Made by a program: the position numbers and the translations under genes | Source: Tubiluchus corallicola | Lineage: Eukaryota; Animalia; Priapulida | NCBI GenBank assembly: GCA_030141605.1 | Contig: JAQGDQ010000334.1 | Coordinates: forward strand, 62,001 to 126,000 | Direction of reading: 5' to 3' | Length of the DNA stretch: 64,000 nt | Shown here: positions 1-8,881 of the stretch, in pieces | Numbering within the stretch: the stretch's first letter is position 1 | How the letters are laid out: every line of letters starts with the position of its first letter | The notes under the pieces: generated by a model | Database searches by the model: none | Told to the model about the DNA's origin: nothing | What the model saw: the letters and a program-made list of their open reading frames with translations, nothing else

Positions 1-400
1 GGCTGCGGTAGCAGATTACAGGCCAGTAGATATACATAAAAGCAAGATTAAGCGAAAAGAGGAAAACTATACCATAGAGTTGTGCCCAAATCCTGATATA
101 GCAGCCGCCCTTGGTAAAGTTAAAAGGCATAATCAGATTCTGGCAGGGTTTGCCCTTGAGACAGATAATGAGAAGAGCAATGCGATAGATAAGATAGAGA
201 AAAAGAACCTTGACTTCATTGTCTTAAATTCTCTTCGGGATAAAATGGCAGGGTTTGATTACAGTACAAATAAAGTTACTATAATTGATAGGGAGAGCAA
301 TGCTACCGAGTTTAAGCTGAAAGATAAAAAAGACGTTGCCGCTGATATTGTAGCCAGGTTGATCAGTGTGCAGAGCAAAAATGATGGTGGTAGCAGTTAG
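1..400 (+). CDS. coaBC: Bifunctional phosphopantothenoylcysteine decarboxylase/ligase CoaBC, C-terminal part (5' end outside window)
   Basis: The frame from base 2 reads AAVADYRP...NPDIAA...LAGFALET...KKNLDFIVLN...GFDYSTNKVTII, the CoaB signature motifs. Its position upstream of DUF4835-recN is the typical Bacteroidota order. Confidence 0.93.
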   Translation, partial: AAVADYRPVDIHKSKIKRKEENYTIELCPNPDIAAALGKVKRHNQILAGFALETDNEKSNAIDKIEKKNLDFIVLNSLRDKMAGFDYSTNKVTIIDRESNATEFKLKDKKDVAADIVARLISVQSKNDGGSS

Positions 401-441
401 AGTGATTTTATTACCTTTAATGTGGAATAAGCTGTTCAGGC

Positions 442-1335
442 ATGCAAGTGTTATATATCTTCATAATATTTTCGTTGGCAACAGGCATCTTGTCCGGGCA
501 GGAGTTGAGGTGCAATGTAAAGGTGTCAAGTTCACATATTGAGGGATCGTATAAGCAGGTTTTTCAATCTATGGAGACGGATATTAGCGAGTTTATGAAT
601 AATCGTAAGTGGACAGATCATGTTTATTTAACGGATGAGCGTATTGAGTGTAATATGTTTATACAGATAATACAACAGGTTTCTTCTAATGAGTTTCAAG
701 GGACTATTCATGTGCAGTCTCGCCGTCCGGTTTTCAACTCTTCGTATAAGACAACGGTGATAAATATTAAAGATAGTGAGTTTCACGTCAGGTATGTGGA
801 GTTTCAGCCACTCGATTTTGATGAGACATCTAATACAAATTCGTTGACAAATATTCTGGCTTATTATGCTTATATCATATTAGGGTGTGATTATGACACC
901 TATTTTCCTCAGGGAGGGACTGAGTATTTTCAGTCTGCACAGAATATTGCAGCACATGCGCAGACTACCGGGAGAAAAGGGTGGAACTCGAGTGAAAGTA
1001 ATTTCAATCGTTTTTGGCTGGTTGAGAACCTGCTGAATCGTTCGTATGTGCCTTTTCGCGATTTAATGTATCGTTATCACCGCCAGGGTCTTGATGTGAT
1101 GGCTAATAGTCCCAGTACCGGGAGGGCTGCTATATCCAATGCGCTGATAAATATCCAGAAGGTGTATCGCACCAAGCCAGATACCTACATTAACAGGATG
1201 TTTTTTGATGCCAAGTCGAATGAGATAGTAGATATTTTTACTCAAGGGGCTACAGGTGAAAAGAGTCGAGTTATGTCAATAGTAACAGAATGTAATCCTG
1301 CTAATTTAGACAGGTATAATAAAATAATGCAGTGA
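442..1335 (+). CDS. porD: DUF4835 family protein (type IX secretion-associated PorD-like), with signal peptide
   Basis: 297 aa with a hydrophobic signal followed by QELRCNVKV, EFMNNRKWT, VQSRRPVFNSSY, LAYYAYIILG.DYDT and NRFWLVEN. It sits in the conserved coaBC-DUF4835-recN context. Confidence 0.85.
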   Translation: MQVLYIFIIFSLATGILSGQELRCNVKVSSSHIEGSYKQVFQSMETDISEFMNNRKWTDHVYLTDERIECNMFIQIIQQVSSNEFQGTIHVQSRRPVFNSSYKTTVINIKDSEFHVRYVEFQPLDFDETSNTNSLTNILAYYAYIILGCDYDTYFPQGGTEYFQSAQNIAAHAQTTGRKGWNSSESNFNRFWLVENLLNRSYVPFRDLMYRYHRQGLDVMANSPSTGRAAISNALINIQKVYRTKPDTYINRMFFDAKSNEIVDIFTQGATGEKSRVMSIVTECNPANLDRYNKIMQ

Positions 1336-1372
1336 GTAAAGTTTATTGTATTTTTGGGATAAAAGTACTGAG

Positions 1373-3025
1373 ATGCTAGAAAGGTTAAGAGTAAAAAATT
1401 ATGCCTTAATACGCAGCCTTGATGTAGAGTTGCATAATGGACTATCTATTATCACAGGAGAGACCGGAGCAGGGAAGTCAATTCTGCTTGGAGCGCTTTC
1501 GCTCATTCTTGGGCAGCGCGCCGATACGTTTGTGCTGAAAGATAAGGAGAAGAAGTGTATGGTAGAGGGTCTCTTTAATGTTGAAGGGTACGGGCTTGAG
1601 GAAGTATTCAATGAGCATGATCTTGATTATGAAAATAGTACTGTTTTGCGGCGGGAAATTGGAGTGTCAGGGAAGTCAAGGGCTTTTGTTAATGATACTC
1701 CGGTAAGCCTTAAGGTGATGAGAGAGGTTGGTTTACGCCTGGTTGATATCCATTCCCAGCATCAAAATCTGGAGCTTAAAAATCGTCAATTTCAACTTCT
1801 GGTAGTTGATTTATATGCAGATAATAGTGAGTTACTGTCAAAATACAGGAAAGTTTTTGAAGAGTATAAAGGGTTGCGGGAAAAGCTGTCAATACTTGAG
1901 GGGGAGGCTGAACGATCCGGTAACGATTATGATTACTATGCTTTTCAGTATGAGCAGTTGAAAAATGCCTCTTTGTCTAACGAGGAGCAGCCTGAGCTGG
2001 AGGCAGAGCTAGAGCTTCTGAATAATGCGGAGGAGGTTAAAAGAAATCTTTCTAACGCTGTTTCTTTGCTAAACAGTGATAGCAATTCACTTATAGGAAA
2101 GGTCAAAGAGGGGGTTGGCTTATTGTCAAAGGCAGATAAGTATCTTCCTGAGGACAAAAGATTATTGCAAAGGTTTGAGAGTGTGTACCTAGAGCTGAAA
2201 GATATATCCGATGAGGCGGAAGCAATATGTGACAGTGTTGAGTTTAATGCCGAGCGACTGGTATTTGTAAACGAGCGCTTAGATCTTATATATATGCTCC
2301 AGCAGAAGCATAAGGTGGACAGTATAGAGGAGCTGAACAAATTAAAGGCGGATTTCGAAGAGAAGATATTGTCTGTCACATCATATGAAGAGCAGCTTAA
2401 AAAGCTAAAAGAGGAGGTTAGTAGTAAGCAGGATGAGTTGTATGAGTATGCCAGTCTACTACATGATAAAAGAGTATCTGTCGTCCCTGAAATAGAGGAT
2501 CGGGTTAATCGCTTACTTACCCAATTTGGCATGCCCTCAGCCCGGTATAAAGTGGAGATTATAAAGGAGGAAGTAGCGAATTCGTCCGGTATGGATGCCG
2601 TCAACTTTCTTTTTTCCGCAAATAGGGACAGTAGTCTATGTGAAATTTCAAAAGTTGCATCGGGGGGAGAAATGTCAAGGCTTATGCTATCTGTAAAATC
2701 ACTGGTTGCAAAGTCAAAGGCTCTCCCTACAATTATATTTGATGAAATTGATTCCGGTATATCGGGAGAGATAGCAGGAAAAATGGGAAGTATACTTAAA
2801 GAGATGTCAGGAGGTATGCAGGTTATCAACATAACACATCTTCCTCAAGTGGCAGCTAAGGGTGATTATCATTTTTGTGTTTATAAAAAGGAGTCTGAAA
2901 CTGAAACTATCACCAATATCAAGATGCTGTCAGATGAGGAGCGTGTAGAGGAGCTGGCTAAAATGCTTAGTGGAGAGAGCATCTCTAATGCTGCTATCCA
3001 GAATGCTGAAAGCCTGCTGAGGTGA
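1373..3025 (+). CDS. recN: DNA repair protein RecN
   Basis: Walker A ITGETGAGKS, VDIHSQH, central coiled coil, signature ASGGEMSR, Walker B IIFDEIDSG and ITHLPQVAA. ATG at 1373 (MLERLRVKNYALI) is preferred over the TTG at 1346. Confidence 0.96.
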   Translation: MLERLRVKNYALIRSLDVELHNGLSIITGETGAGKSILLGALSLILGQRADTFVLKDKEKKCMVEGLFNVEGYGLEEVFNEHDLDYENSTVLRREIGVSGKSRAFVNDTPVSLKVMREVGLRLVDIHSQHQNLELKNRQFQLLVVDLYADNSELLSKYRKVFEEYKGLREKLSILEGEAERSGNDYDYYAFQYEQLKNASLSNEEQPELEAELELLNNAEEVKRNLSNAVSLLNSDSNSLIGKVKEGVGLLSKADKYLPEDKRLLQRFESVYLELKDISDEAEAICDSVEFNAERLVFVNERLDLIYMLQQKHKVDSIEELNKLKADFEEKILSVTSYEEQLKKLKEEVSSKQDELYEYASLLHDKRVSVVPEIEDRVNRLLTQFGMPSARYKVEIIKEEVANSSGMDAVNFLFSANRDSSLCEISKVASGGEMSRLMLSVKSLVAKSKALPTIIFDEIDSGISGEIAGKMGSILKEMSGGMQVINITHLPQVAAKGDYHFCVYKKESETETITNIKMLSDEERVEELAKMLSGESISNAAIQNAESLLR

Positions 3026-3081
3026 GTTTTTTCTATCAGACGAGAGTCTTTTTTTAATTAAGTGAAGCAAATATTTATAAT

Positions 3082-3933
3082 ATGTCAAAAAAACTACTTG
3101 AAGGGAAAAAAGGAATTATTTTTGGGGCACTGAATGAAAGCTCAATAGCTTGGAAAGTGGCGGAGCGCGCTTATGAGGAGGGGGCAACATTTACATTGAC
3201 CAATATTCCGGTCTCTCTACGCATGGGCGAAACACATAAGCTGGCAAAGCAGTGTGGAGAGGCAGAGGTTATTGCCGCTGATGCCACAAGCACAAAGGAT
3301 TTAAAAAACCTTTTAGAAAGGTCTACTGAGGTGCTGGGAGGCAAAATTGACTTTATCCTACACTCTGTAGGTATGTCTCCCAACGTAAGGAAAAATAAAC
3401 ATTACAGTAACTTAAGCTACGATTTTTTCTCTAAGACACTGGATGTATCTGCTATCTCTTTTCATAAAGTTATGCAAGCTGCAAAAGAGCTGGATGCATT
3501 AAATGAGTGGGCATCAATACTTGCCTTATCATACGTAGCAGCCCAGCGCACTTTTTTCGGTTATAATGACATGGCTGATGCAAAGTCATTATTAGAGTCT
3601 ATCGCCCGGAGTTTCGGGTATATATACGGAAGAGAGAAACGAGTGAGGGTCAATACTATATCCCAGTCGCCAACTCCTACTACAGCTGGTAATGGGGTAA
3701 AAGGGTTTAGTCACCTTATAGACTTTTCCGAACGCATGTCTCCACTAGGCAATGCTACAGCCGAAGAGTGTGCAAACTACTGTATTGTTATGTTTTCAGA
3801 TTTGACCAGAAAAGTTACTATGCAGAATCTGTTTCATGATGGGGGCTTCTCCTCAATGGGTATGAGTTTAAGGGCTATGGAGCAGTACAATAAGAGTTTT
3901 GAGAATAATGATCCTAACCATAAGTACGATTAA
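3082..3933 (+). CDS. fabI: Enoyl-ACP reductase FabI (SDR family)
   Basis: GKKGIIFGALNESSIAW, YxxMADAK catalytic motif, RVNTISQSPTPTTAG and VTMQNLFHDGG, the Bacteroidota-type FabI pattern. Confidence 0.93.
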   Translation: MSKKLLEGKKGIIFGALNESSIAWKVAERAYEEGATFTLTNIPVSLRMGETHKLAKQCGEAEVIAADATSTKDLKNLLERSTEVLGGKIDFILHSVGMSPNVRKNKHYSNLSYDFFSKTLDVSAISFHKVMQAAKELDALNEWASILALSYVAAQRTFFGYNDMADAKSLLESIARSFGYIYGREKRVRVNTISQSPTPTTAGNGVKGFSHLIDFSERMSPLGNATAEECANYCIVMFSDLTRKVTMQNLFHDGGFSSMGMSLRAMEQYNKSFENNDPNHKYD

Positions 3934-3965
3934 GCAGGAACAGGAAGAGTTCTTTTAGTGGTCGA

Positions 3966-4691
3966 TCATTTGTGCAAACCACACTCTTTATTTTCGGGTT
4001 TTTCCCACCACCATCTCCCTGCCCGCGGCTCTTCACCATCAGTTATTGCCCTGGTGCACGGCTGGCAACCAATGCTAGGATAACCTCTGTCATGCAGATA
4101 GTTATACGGTATTTTGTGTCTGTCTAAGTACTCTTGCACCTGCCTTTCTGTCCAGTCGATAATGGGGTTGAACTTTATGAGTCCGTTAATCCTATCCCAC
4201 TCTACCATCTGTACATCCTGTCTGGTAACCGACTGCTCTCTTCTCAAGCCACACACCCATACTTTAAGCCCGGCAAAAGCTCTTTTTAGCGGGCCTATTT
4301 TGCGAATCTTACAGCACAGTTCACGGTTCTCGATGCTTTCATAAAAGAGGTTTATCCCTTTAGCATTAACCATCTTTTCTACCTCTTCGGCATCAGGAAA
4401 ATAAACATTAATATTAATGTCATATTTCTTATTTGTACGATGTATTAAGTCGTAAGTGTCAGGGAACAGGCGCCCCGTATCTAAAGTGAATATCCGAGCC
4501 TCTTTGTCAATATCACAAATAATCTTTGTCAGTACCTGATCTTCAATACTAAGACTACTTGCCAGAGCAACCTTTCCTTTAAATTTCCTTAAAAACAAGG
4601 TTAATGCTTCTGTTACAGATGCGTTTCTCAGCTCACTATTGAGATTATCAGCTAGTTTCTGTGCCGGCAAACTAAGATCAATGGTTTTCAT
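3966..4691 (-). CDS. cysH: (Phospho)adenylyl-sulfate reductase CysH, 4Fe-4S APS-reductase type
   Basis: LDTGRLFP, ELCCKIRK (CC), GLRREQS, YPSIGCQPCT (CxxC), RAGRW and the C-terminal ECGLH. Confidence 0.93.
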   Translation of the reverse strand: MKTIDLSLPAQKLADNLNSELRNASVTEALTLFLRKFKGKVALASSLSIEDQVLTKIICDIDKEARIFTLDTGRLFPDTYDLIHRTNKKYDININVYFPDAEEVEKMVNAKGINLFYESIENRELCCKIRKIGPLKRAFAGLKVWVCGLRREQSVTRQDVQMVEWDRINGLIKFNPIIDWTERQVQEYLDRHKIPYNYLHDRGYPSIGCQPCTRAITDGEEPRAGRWWWEKPENKECGLHK

Positions 4692-4877
4692 TTAATAGAT
4701 ACTTTTAATGATAGGATAATTTCTATATAAAAGTAAAATAGGGTTATTCCTGCTGAAACCAGAAAAAGAGATGTTCTCATTTTTCTATTTTTTTGCAGGT
4801 ATTACCCGCAGCAGAACACAGCGTACTCTACACGTCAAGAGTGCAGAGGCAGTGTCTATAATTAGTTAAAGATGCGC

Positions 4878-4899
4878 TTAGGCATCAGTGGATACCTAA
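4878..4899. terminator. Stem-loop just downstream of the zinc-ribbon gene stop; possible terminator or RNA stabiliser
   Basis: ttaggcatc-agtg-gatacctaa forms a 9-bp stem with one G-U on the minus-strand transcript. There is no U-tract on its 3' side, so it is not canonical. Confidence 0.35.
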
Positions 4900-4906
4900 A
4901 AAAACT

Positions 4907-5683
4907 CTACCCTGGGTTGACAGCTTTTGCAAGCTCTTCGTCTATCAGTATCCTGCCACAATATTCACAAACGATAACCTTTTTTCGCGATGCAATGTCT
5001 ACCTGCCGCTGGGGGGGTATTTTATTGAAACATCCCCCGCAAGCATCACGCTGAACTACTACAACAGATAATCCATTTAGAGCATTTTTGCGTATCCGCT
5101 TAAAGGCAGTAAGAAGTCGCTCTTCAATCTTACCCTCTATTGATACTGCATCCTTTTTTAGCTTCTCCTCCTCTACAGCAGTCTCTGATGAGATTTTTTC
5201 AAGCTCTTCCTTCTTAAGTAGTAAGTCTTTTTCCTGTTCTTTTAATGAGACTTCCACAGAGCTAATCTGTTCTTTTTTCAATTTGACCTCGGTAGCATGC
5301 TCTTTAATTTTCTTTTCTGAAAATTCAACTTCTAAAGTTTGAAATTCAATCTCTTTAGATAGGGAGTCATATTCGCGATTGTTCTGCACATTCTCCAACT
5401 GCTCATTGTATTTCTTAATCAGCGCCTGTGACTCTTTTATCTCCACTTTTTTGTTGCTAATAGCTGTATTCAGGTCTTTTACCTCCCCCTCAAAATTATC
5501 AATACGCGTTTTTAATCCCGCTACCCCATCTTCAAGATCCCTAACTTCAAGAGGAAGTTCACCGCGCAAAATATTTATGTTATCAACCTTCGAAACAACT
5601 GTTTGCAGTTTATAAAGCATTCTCAATTTCTCTTCAACGGAAGTTCCTTTTTCTCCAGTTGGCTTATTGACCACTTTAGCCAT
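4907..5683 (-). CDS. C4-type zinc-ribbon domain protein with long coiled coil (DUF164/CT398-like)
   Basis: LRGELPLEVRDLED, NNREYDSLSKEIE, then RDACGGCF...CEYCGRIL. It is paired with Nif3, as is common in Bacteroidota. Confidence 0.9.
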   Translation of the reverse strand: MAKVVNKPTGEKGTSVEEKLRMLYKLQTVVSKVDNINILRGELPLEVRDLEDGVAGLKTRIDNFEGEVKDLNTAISNKKVEIKESQALIKKYNEQLENVQNNREYDSLSKEIEFQTLEVEFSEKKIKEHATEVKLKKEQISSVEVSLKEQEKDLLLKKEELEKISSETAVEEEKLKKDAVSIEGKIEERLLTAFKRIRKNALNGLSVVVVQRDACGGCFNKIPPQRQVDIASRKKVIVCEYCGRILIDEELAKAVNPG

Positions 5684-5718
5684 ACTTTTTATGTGTTTTA
5701 TATTCCGATTATAAATTT

Positions 5719-6813
5719 TTACAGATAGTTTATTGGACTAGTCTTCACTTTTGATAAATGAAGCGCAAATGTAGGAAATTTTTTTGTAAGTATTTCATGA
5801 AAAATATCCTTAGTGAACTGCTCACTTTCAAAATGTCCTATATCCGCAACAACTATCTTTTTTTCAGCATCAAAAAATTGATGGTACTTAATATCTCCAG
5901 TGATAAAAATGTCAGCCTTGGCACTTATAGAGTGAGGTAAAAGGAAGCTCCCGGATCCACCACATACAGCTACTTTTTGTACCGGTTTGTCTAAAAAATC
6001 TGTGTGTTTTATGATACCACAGTTAAACGTTTTTTTCATTCTGAGCAAGAACTCCTTTTCCGGCTCAGGCTTTGGAAGTTTACCTATCATTCCACCTCCT
6101 ACATGTCTGAGCTCGTTTGCAAGCGGATAAAAATCAAAAGCAGGCTCCTCGTATGGATGAGATTCTATGAGTGCACGAAGGACTTCCCCTTTTAGATGTA
6201 AAGGTAAAACTGTTTCAAGCCTAACCTCCTTTTCAAGATGTAGTTCCCCTTTTTTCCCTACATGCGGGTTGGACTTTTCATTGCCTTGAAAAGTTCCGGT
6301 ACCGTTTGCATAAAAGCTGCATTGATCGTAGTTTCCTATATGTCCTGCACCGGCATTGAACAGTGCCATACGTACCTCTCCCATGTTGTCTGCGGGGATA
6401 AATGTAACAAGCTTCAGAAGCTGATCCTTGGCAGGTGAAAGTATTTTACACTCCTGTAATCCTATTTTTTCACATATCTTTGAGTTAACTCCCCCGTGAA
6501 CAGAATCAAGGTTAGTGTGTGCAACATATATGGCAATATCATTTTTTATCGCTTTAATAATACAGCGCTCAACATAGTTGTTCCCATTGAAATGTTTTAA
6601 TCCTTTAAGAGTAATCGGATGATGAGCTACGATAAGGCCATCTTTATTATTGATTGCTTCATCTATCACTTCTTCTGTAACATCTATGGTAATAAGCAAA
6701 GATGAGACTTCCGAGTCGTAATTTCCTGTAATCAATCCCGCATTGTCATACGATTCCTGTATTGGAAGTGGAGCAATATTTTCAATACACGCAACTATTT
6801 CTGAAATTTTCAT
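5719..6813 (-). CDS. Nif3-like dinuclear metal-centre hexameric protein (DUF34/YqfO, with PII-like insertion)
   Basis: QESYDNAGL, AHHPI, AHTNLD, AGAGHIGNYDQCSF, HPYEEPA, GDIKYH and DIGHFESE. Confidence 0.93.
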   Translation of the reverse strand: MKISEIVACIENIAPLPIQESYDNAGLITGNYDSEVSSLLITIDVTEEVIDEAINNKDGLIVAHHPITLKGLKHFNGNNYVERCIIKAIKNDIAIYVAHTNLDSVHGGVNSKICEKIGLQECKILSPAKDQLLKLVTFIPADNMGEVRMALFNAGAGHIGNYDQCSFYANGTGTFQGNEKSNPHVGKKGELHLEKEVRLETVLPLHLKGEVLRALIESHPYEEPAFDFYPLANELRHVGGGMIGKLPKPEPEKEFLLRMKKTFNCGIIKHTDFLDKPVQKVAVCGGSGSFLLPHSISAKADIFITGDIKYHQFFDAEKKIVVADIGHFESEQFTKDIFHEILTKKFPTFALHLSKVKTSPINYL

Positions 6814-6875
6814 CTGTATAAAGGGTTAAGATTTACTGACGCTACAAACTTTTATTTAAAGAAGAGACCACCCTT

Positions 6876-7211
6876 TTATAACTCTCCTTTTACTTCAAGC
6901 AAGTAAGCTTTTATTTGCTGAAGTTTTTTTATTATTTCGTGAGAATGATTCACTCCCCCCCTATTTTCACTCATTTTCTTCTGAGCACCTTTTATAGTCA
7001 TTCCACGCTCTTTAAGAAGATGGTAGACCAACCCAATATGTTCAATATCTTTTTTCGTAAAGAAGCGCGTTCCTCGACTATTTTTCTTTGGCTTTAGTGA
7101 AGAAAATTCCTTCTCCCAAAATCGTAAGGTTGATGTTTTAATTCCATATATATCAGCTACCTCTCCAATTGAATAAAACAGTTTGTCGGCTTTTGGCTGT
7201 TTAAATGGCAT
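6876..7211 (-). CDS. MerR family transcriptional regulator
   Basis: YSIGEVA...STLRFWEKEF..LKPKKNSRGTRFF...LLKERGMTIKGA, the Bacteroidota MerR normally found beside M23/alaS. Confidence 0.92.
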   Translation of the reverse strand: MPFKQPKADKLFYSIGEVADIYGIKTSTLRFWEKEFSSLKPKKNSRGTRFFTKKDIEHIGLVYHLLKERGMTIKGAQKKMSENRGGVNHSHEIIKKLQQIKAYLLEVKGEL

Positions 7212-7725
7212 AAGTTAGTTATTTAAAGCAACATTTCTTTATCGTCTTTTAATCTTTTTTACAAACAAATAGTTTTATCAGGCTTGAATTTTTACTTTCC
7301 TGCCTGTTTAAGTATAAACACTTTTTACTCTCAAAGGAACCCCGCTCTCCACCGCAGCAAGAGACGGTTTTTACAGCCACAACACACATTAGTCACTTTC
7401 CGGTCCAAACCCGGCAAGTAACGGTTTTTTCAAGAGCTGCATACTGTAAAACTGTCCTTTATATATTTTAATAGTTCCGGCTACATGGTAGCCACTTGAA
7501 AGCAGACCTCCCACATCTCCAGATGTAGCATCACTATTCTTCAGGAGAGAAAGAGCCGGAGATAAGAGTGAGGGTACATCATTATTCGAAGGGAAATATC
7601 TGTTCGAGGAAAAATCAATTGCGATCATTGTATTTACTGCTTTCACCCCCCAAGCAGAATCGCTTCTATTTATAATTTGAGCTGTAGAAGAAAAGATATA
7701 AAAGATAGTACCAGTAACAGCTAAG

Positions 7726-8697
7726 TTAGTCAAAGCTCTGCTTGGCATTAGATGAAATAGCTACCATTCGCTCATATTCCTGTGGAGTCAAATCCTGGAA
7801 AAAATAGTATTGAGGGTTTACCTTATGTCCGCCCTTACGAACCTCATAGTGCAGGTGTGGAGCTGTTGAGGTACCTGTGTTTCCTACAGTTCCTAACACA
7901 TCACCACGCTTGACAGTTTGTCCTTCTTTTACATCTATAGTGCGCATGTGCCCATATAAAGTGACAAATCCGTACCCGTGATCAAGTATAACATGATTGC
8001 CATATCCAATCCGCATCTTTTTTACCTTTTTTACCACTCCGTTACCTGTTGCAAATATTTTGGTACCTATAGGGGCAGCAAAGTCTATCCCGTGGTGCAT
8101 CATCCTAATCTTATAAATTGGATGTGTACGGTATCCCCACCCCGAAGCAGTTTTGGTTAAATCTTTGTTAGAAATGGGCATTATAGAAGGTATTGCGGCA
8201 AGCATTTTCTCCTTAGAAAGCGCCATTTCAAGCACATTATCGTATGATTTTGATTGTACATACACCTGCTTCGACAGGATGTCAAGCTTTTTAGTCGTAT
8301 TTATGACAAGCTCTGCATTATCCATCTTGCTCAGTTGTGAATACCTGTCTACCCCACCAAACCCAGCTTCACGTACAGCTTCGGGAATAGGTTCCGATTC
8401 AAAAATAACACGATAGATATTGTCATCTCTGTGCTGTATATCTTTCAAAATTTGCGACATCTTATCAATATCTTTATTGATAAGGTTGTACTGAGAAAGT
8501 AACTCTCTGTTCTCCACTTTTAAAGTTCTCATCTCTGGAGTGCCGTAATGATTAAGAAAATACATAGATAATACAGCAGCCAAAAACATGCTAAAAGCAA
8601 GGGGCCCCCAAAAGCGCTTTAGGTAGCTTTTCAAGCTACGATTGGTTTTTTCGTAGCTTAGGGTCTGATGGTTGAATCTAAAATTAGTCTTATTCAT
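7726..8697 (-). CDS. M23 family metallopeptidase (membrane-anchored, coiled-coil linker)
   Basis: N-terminal TM, HRDDNIYRVIF, HHGIDF (HxxxD), YGNHV, TLYGHM and STAPHLHYEV (HxH). Confidence 0.93.
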   Translation of the reverse strand: MNKTNFRFNHQTLSYEKTNRSLKSYLKRFWGPLAFSMFLAAVLSMYFLNHYGTPEMRTLKVENRELLSQYNLINKDIDKMSQILKDIQHRDDNIYRVIFESEPIPEAVREAGFGGVDRYSQLSKMDNAELVINTTKKLDILSKQVYVQSKSYDNVLEMALSKEKMLAAIPSIMPISNKDLTKTASGWGYRTHPIYKIRMMHHGIDFAAPIGTKIFATGNGVVKKVKKMRIGYGNHVILDHGYGFVTLYGHMRTIDVKEGQTVKRGDVLGTVGNTGTSTAPHLHYEVRKGGHKVNPQYYFFQDLTPQEYERMVAISSNAKQSFD

Positions 8698-8763
8698 ATT
8701 AAAATGTTACTAATTTATAAAAATTAGAAAGAGAGGTACTATAAACAGGACTTAAAATTAATG

Positions 8764-8771
8764 TACCTTTG
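8764..8771 (+). promoter_or_regulatory. Bacteroidota-type -7 promoter element for alaS
   Basis: TACCTTTG matches TAnnTTTG, ~110 nt upstream of the alaS ATG. No clear -33 TTTG. Confidence 0.45.
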
Positions 8772-8809
8772 TAAAGTTTTATTAAAGACCTCTACTTCAA
8801 AATTCACTG

Positions 8810-8841
8810 CAAATATACAAAAATATTATTATAATGTCAAC
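8810..8841 (-). promoter_or_regulatory. Bacteroidota-type sigma70 promoter (-33/-7) for the M23 gene
   Basis: The minus strand reads GTTG-N20-TATATTTG(CA), matching the TTTG-N19/21-TAnnTTTG consensus. Confidence 0.6.
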
Positions 8842-8881
8842 ACTATATTACCCTAATAATTAACTTGTTAATGTTTTCAGC

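Noticed and set aside
1945-2832. 295-aa antisense ORF inside recN (and similar shadow ORFs in alaS, ccsA and the zinc-ribbon gene)
   Set aside because: These are Ser/Leu/Phe-rich antisense shadows of real coding frames.
7389-7748. 119-aa minus-strand ORF overlapping the M23 stop
   Set aside because: No recognisable motifs, it overlaps the upstream gene, and it crosses hairpin-rich sequence; probably spurious.
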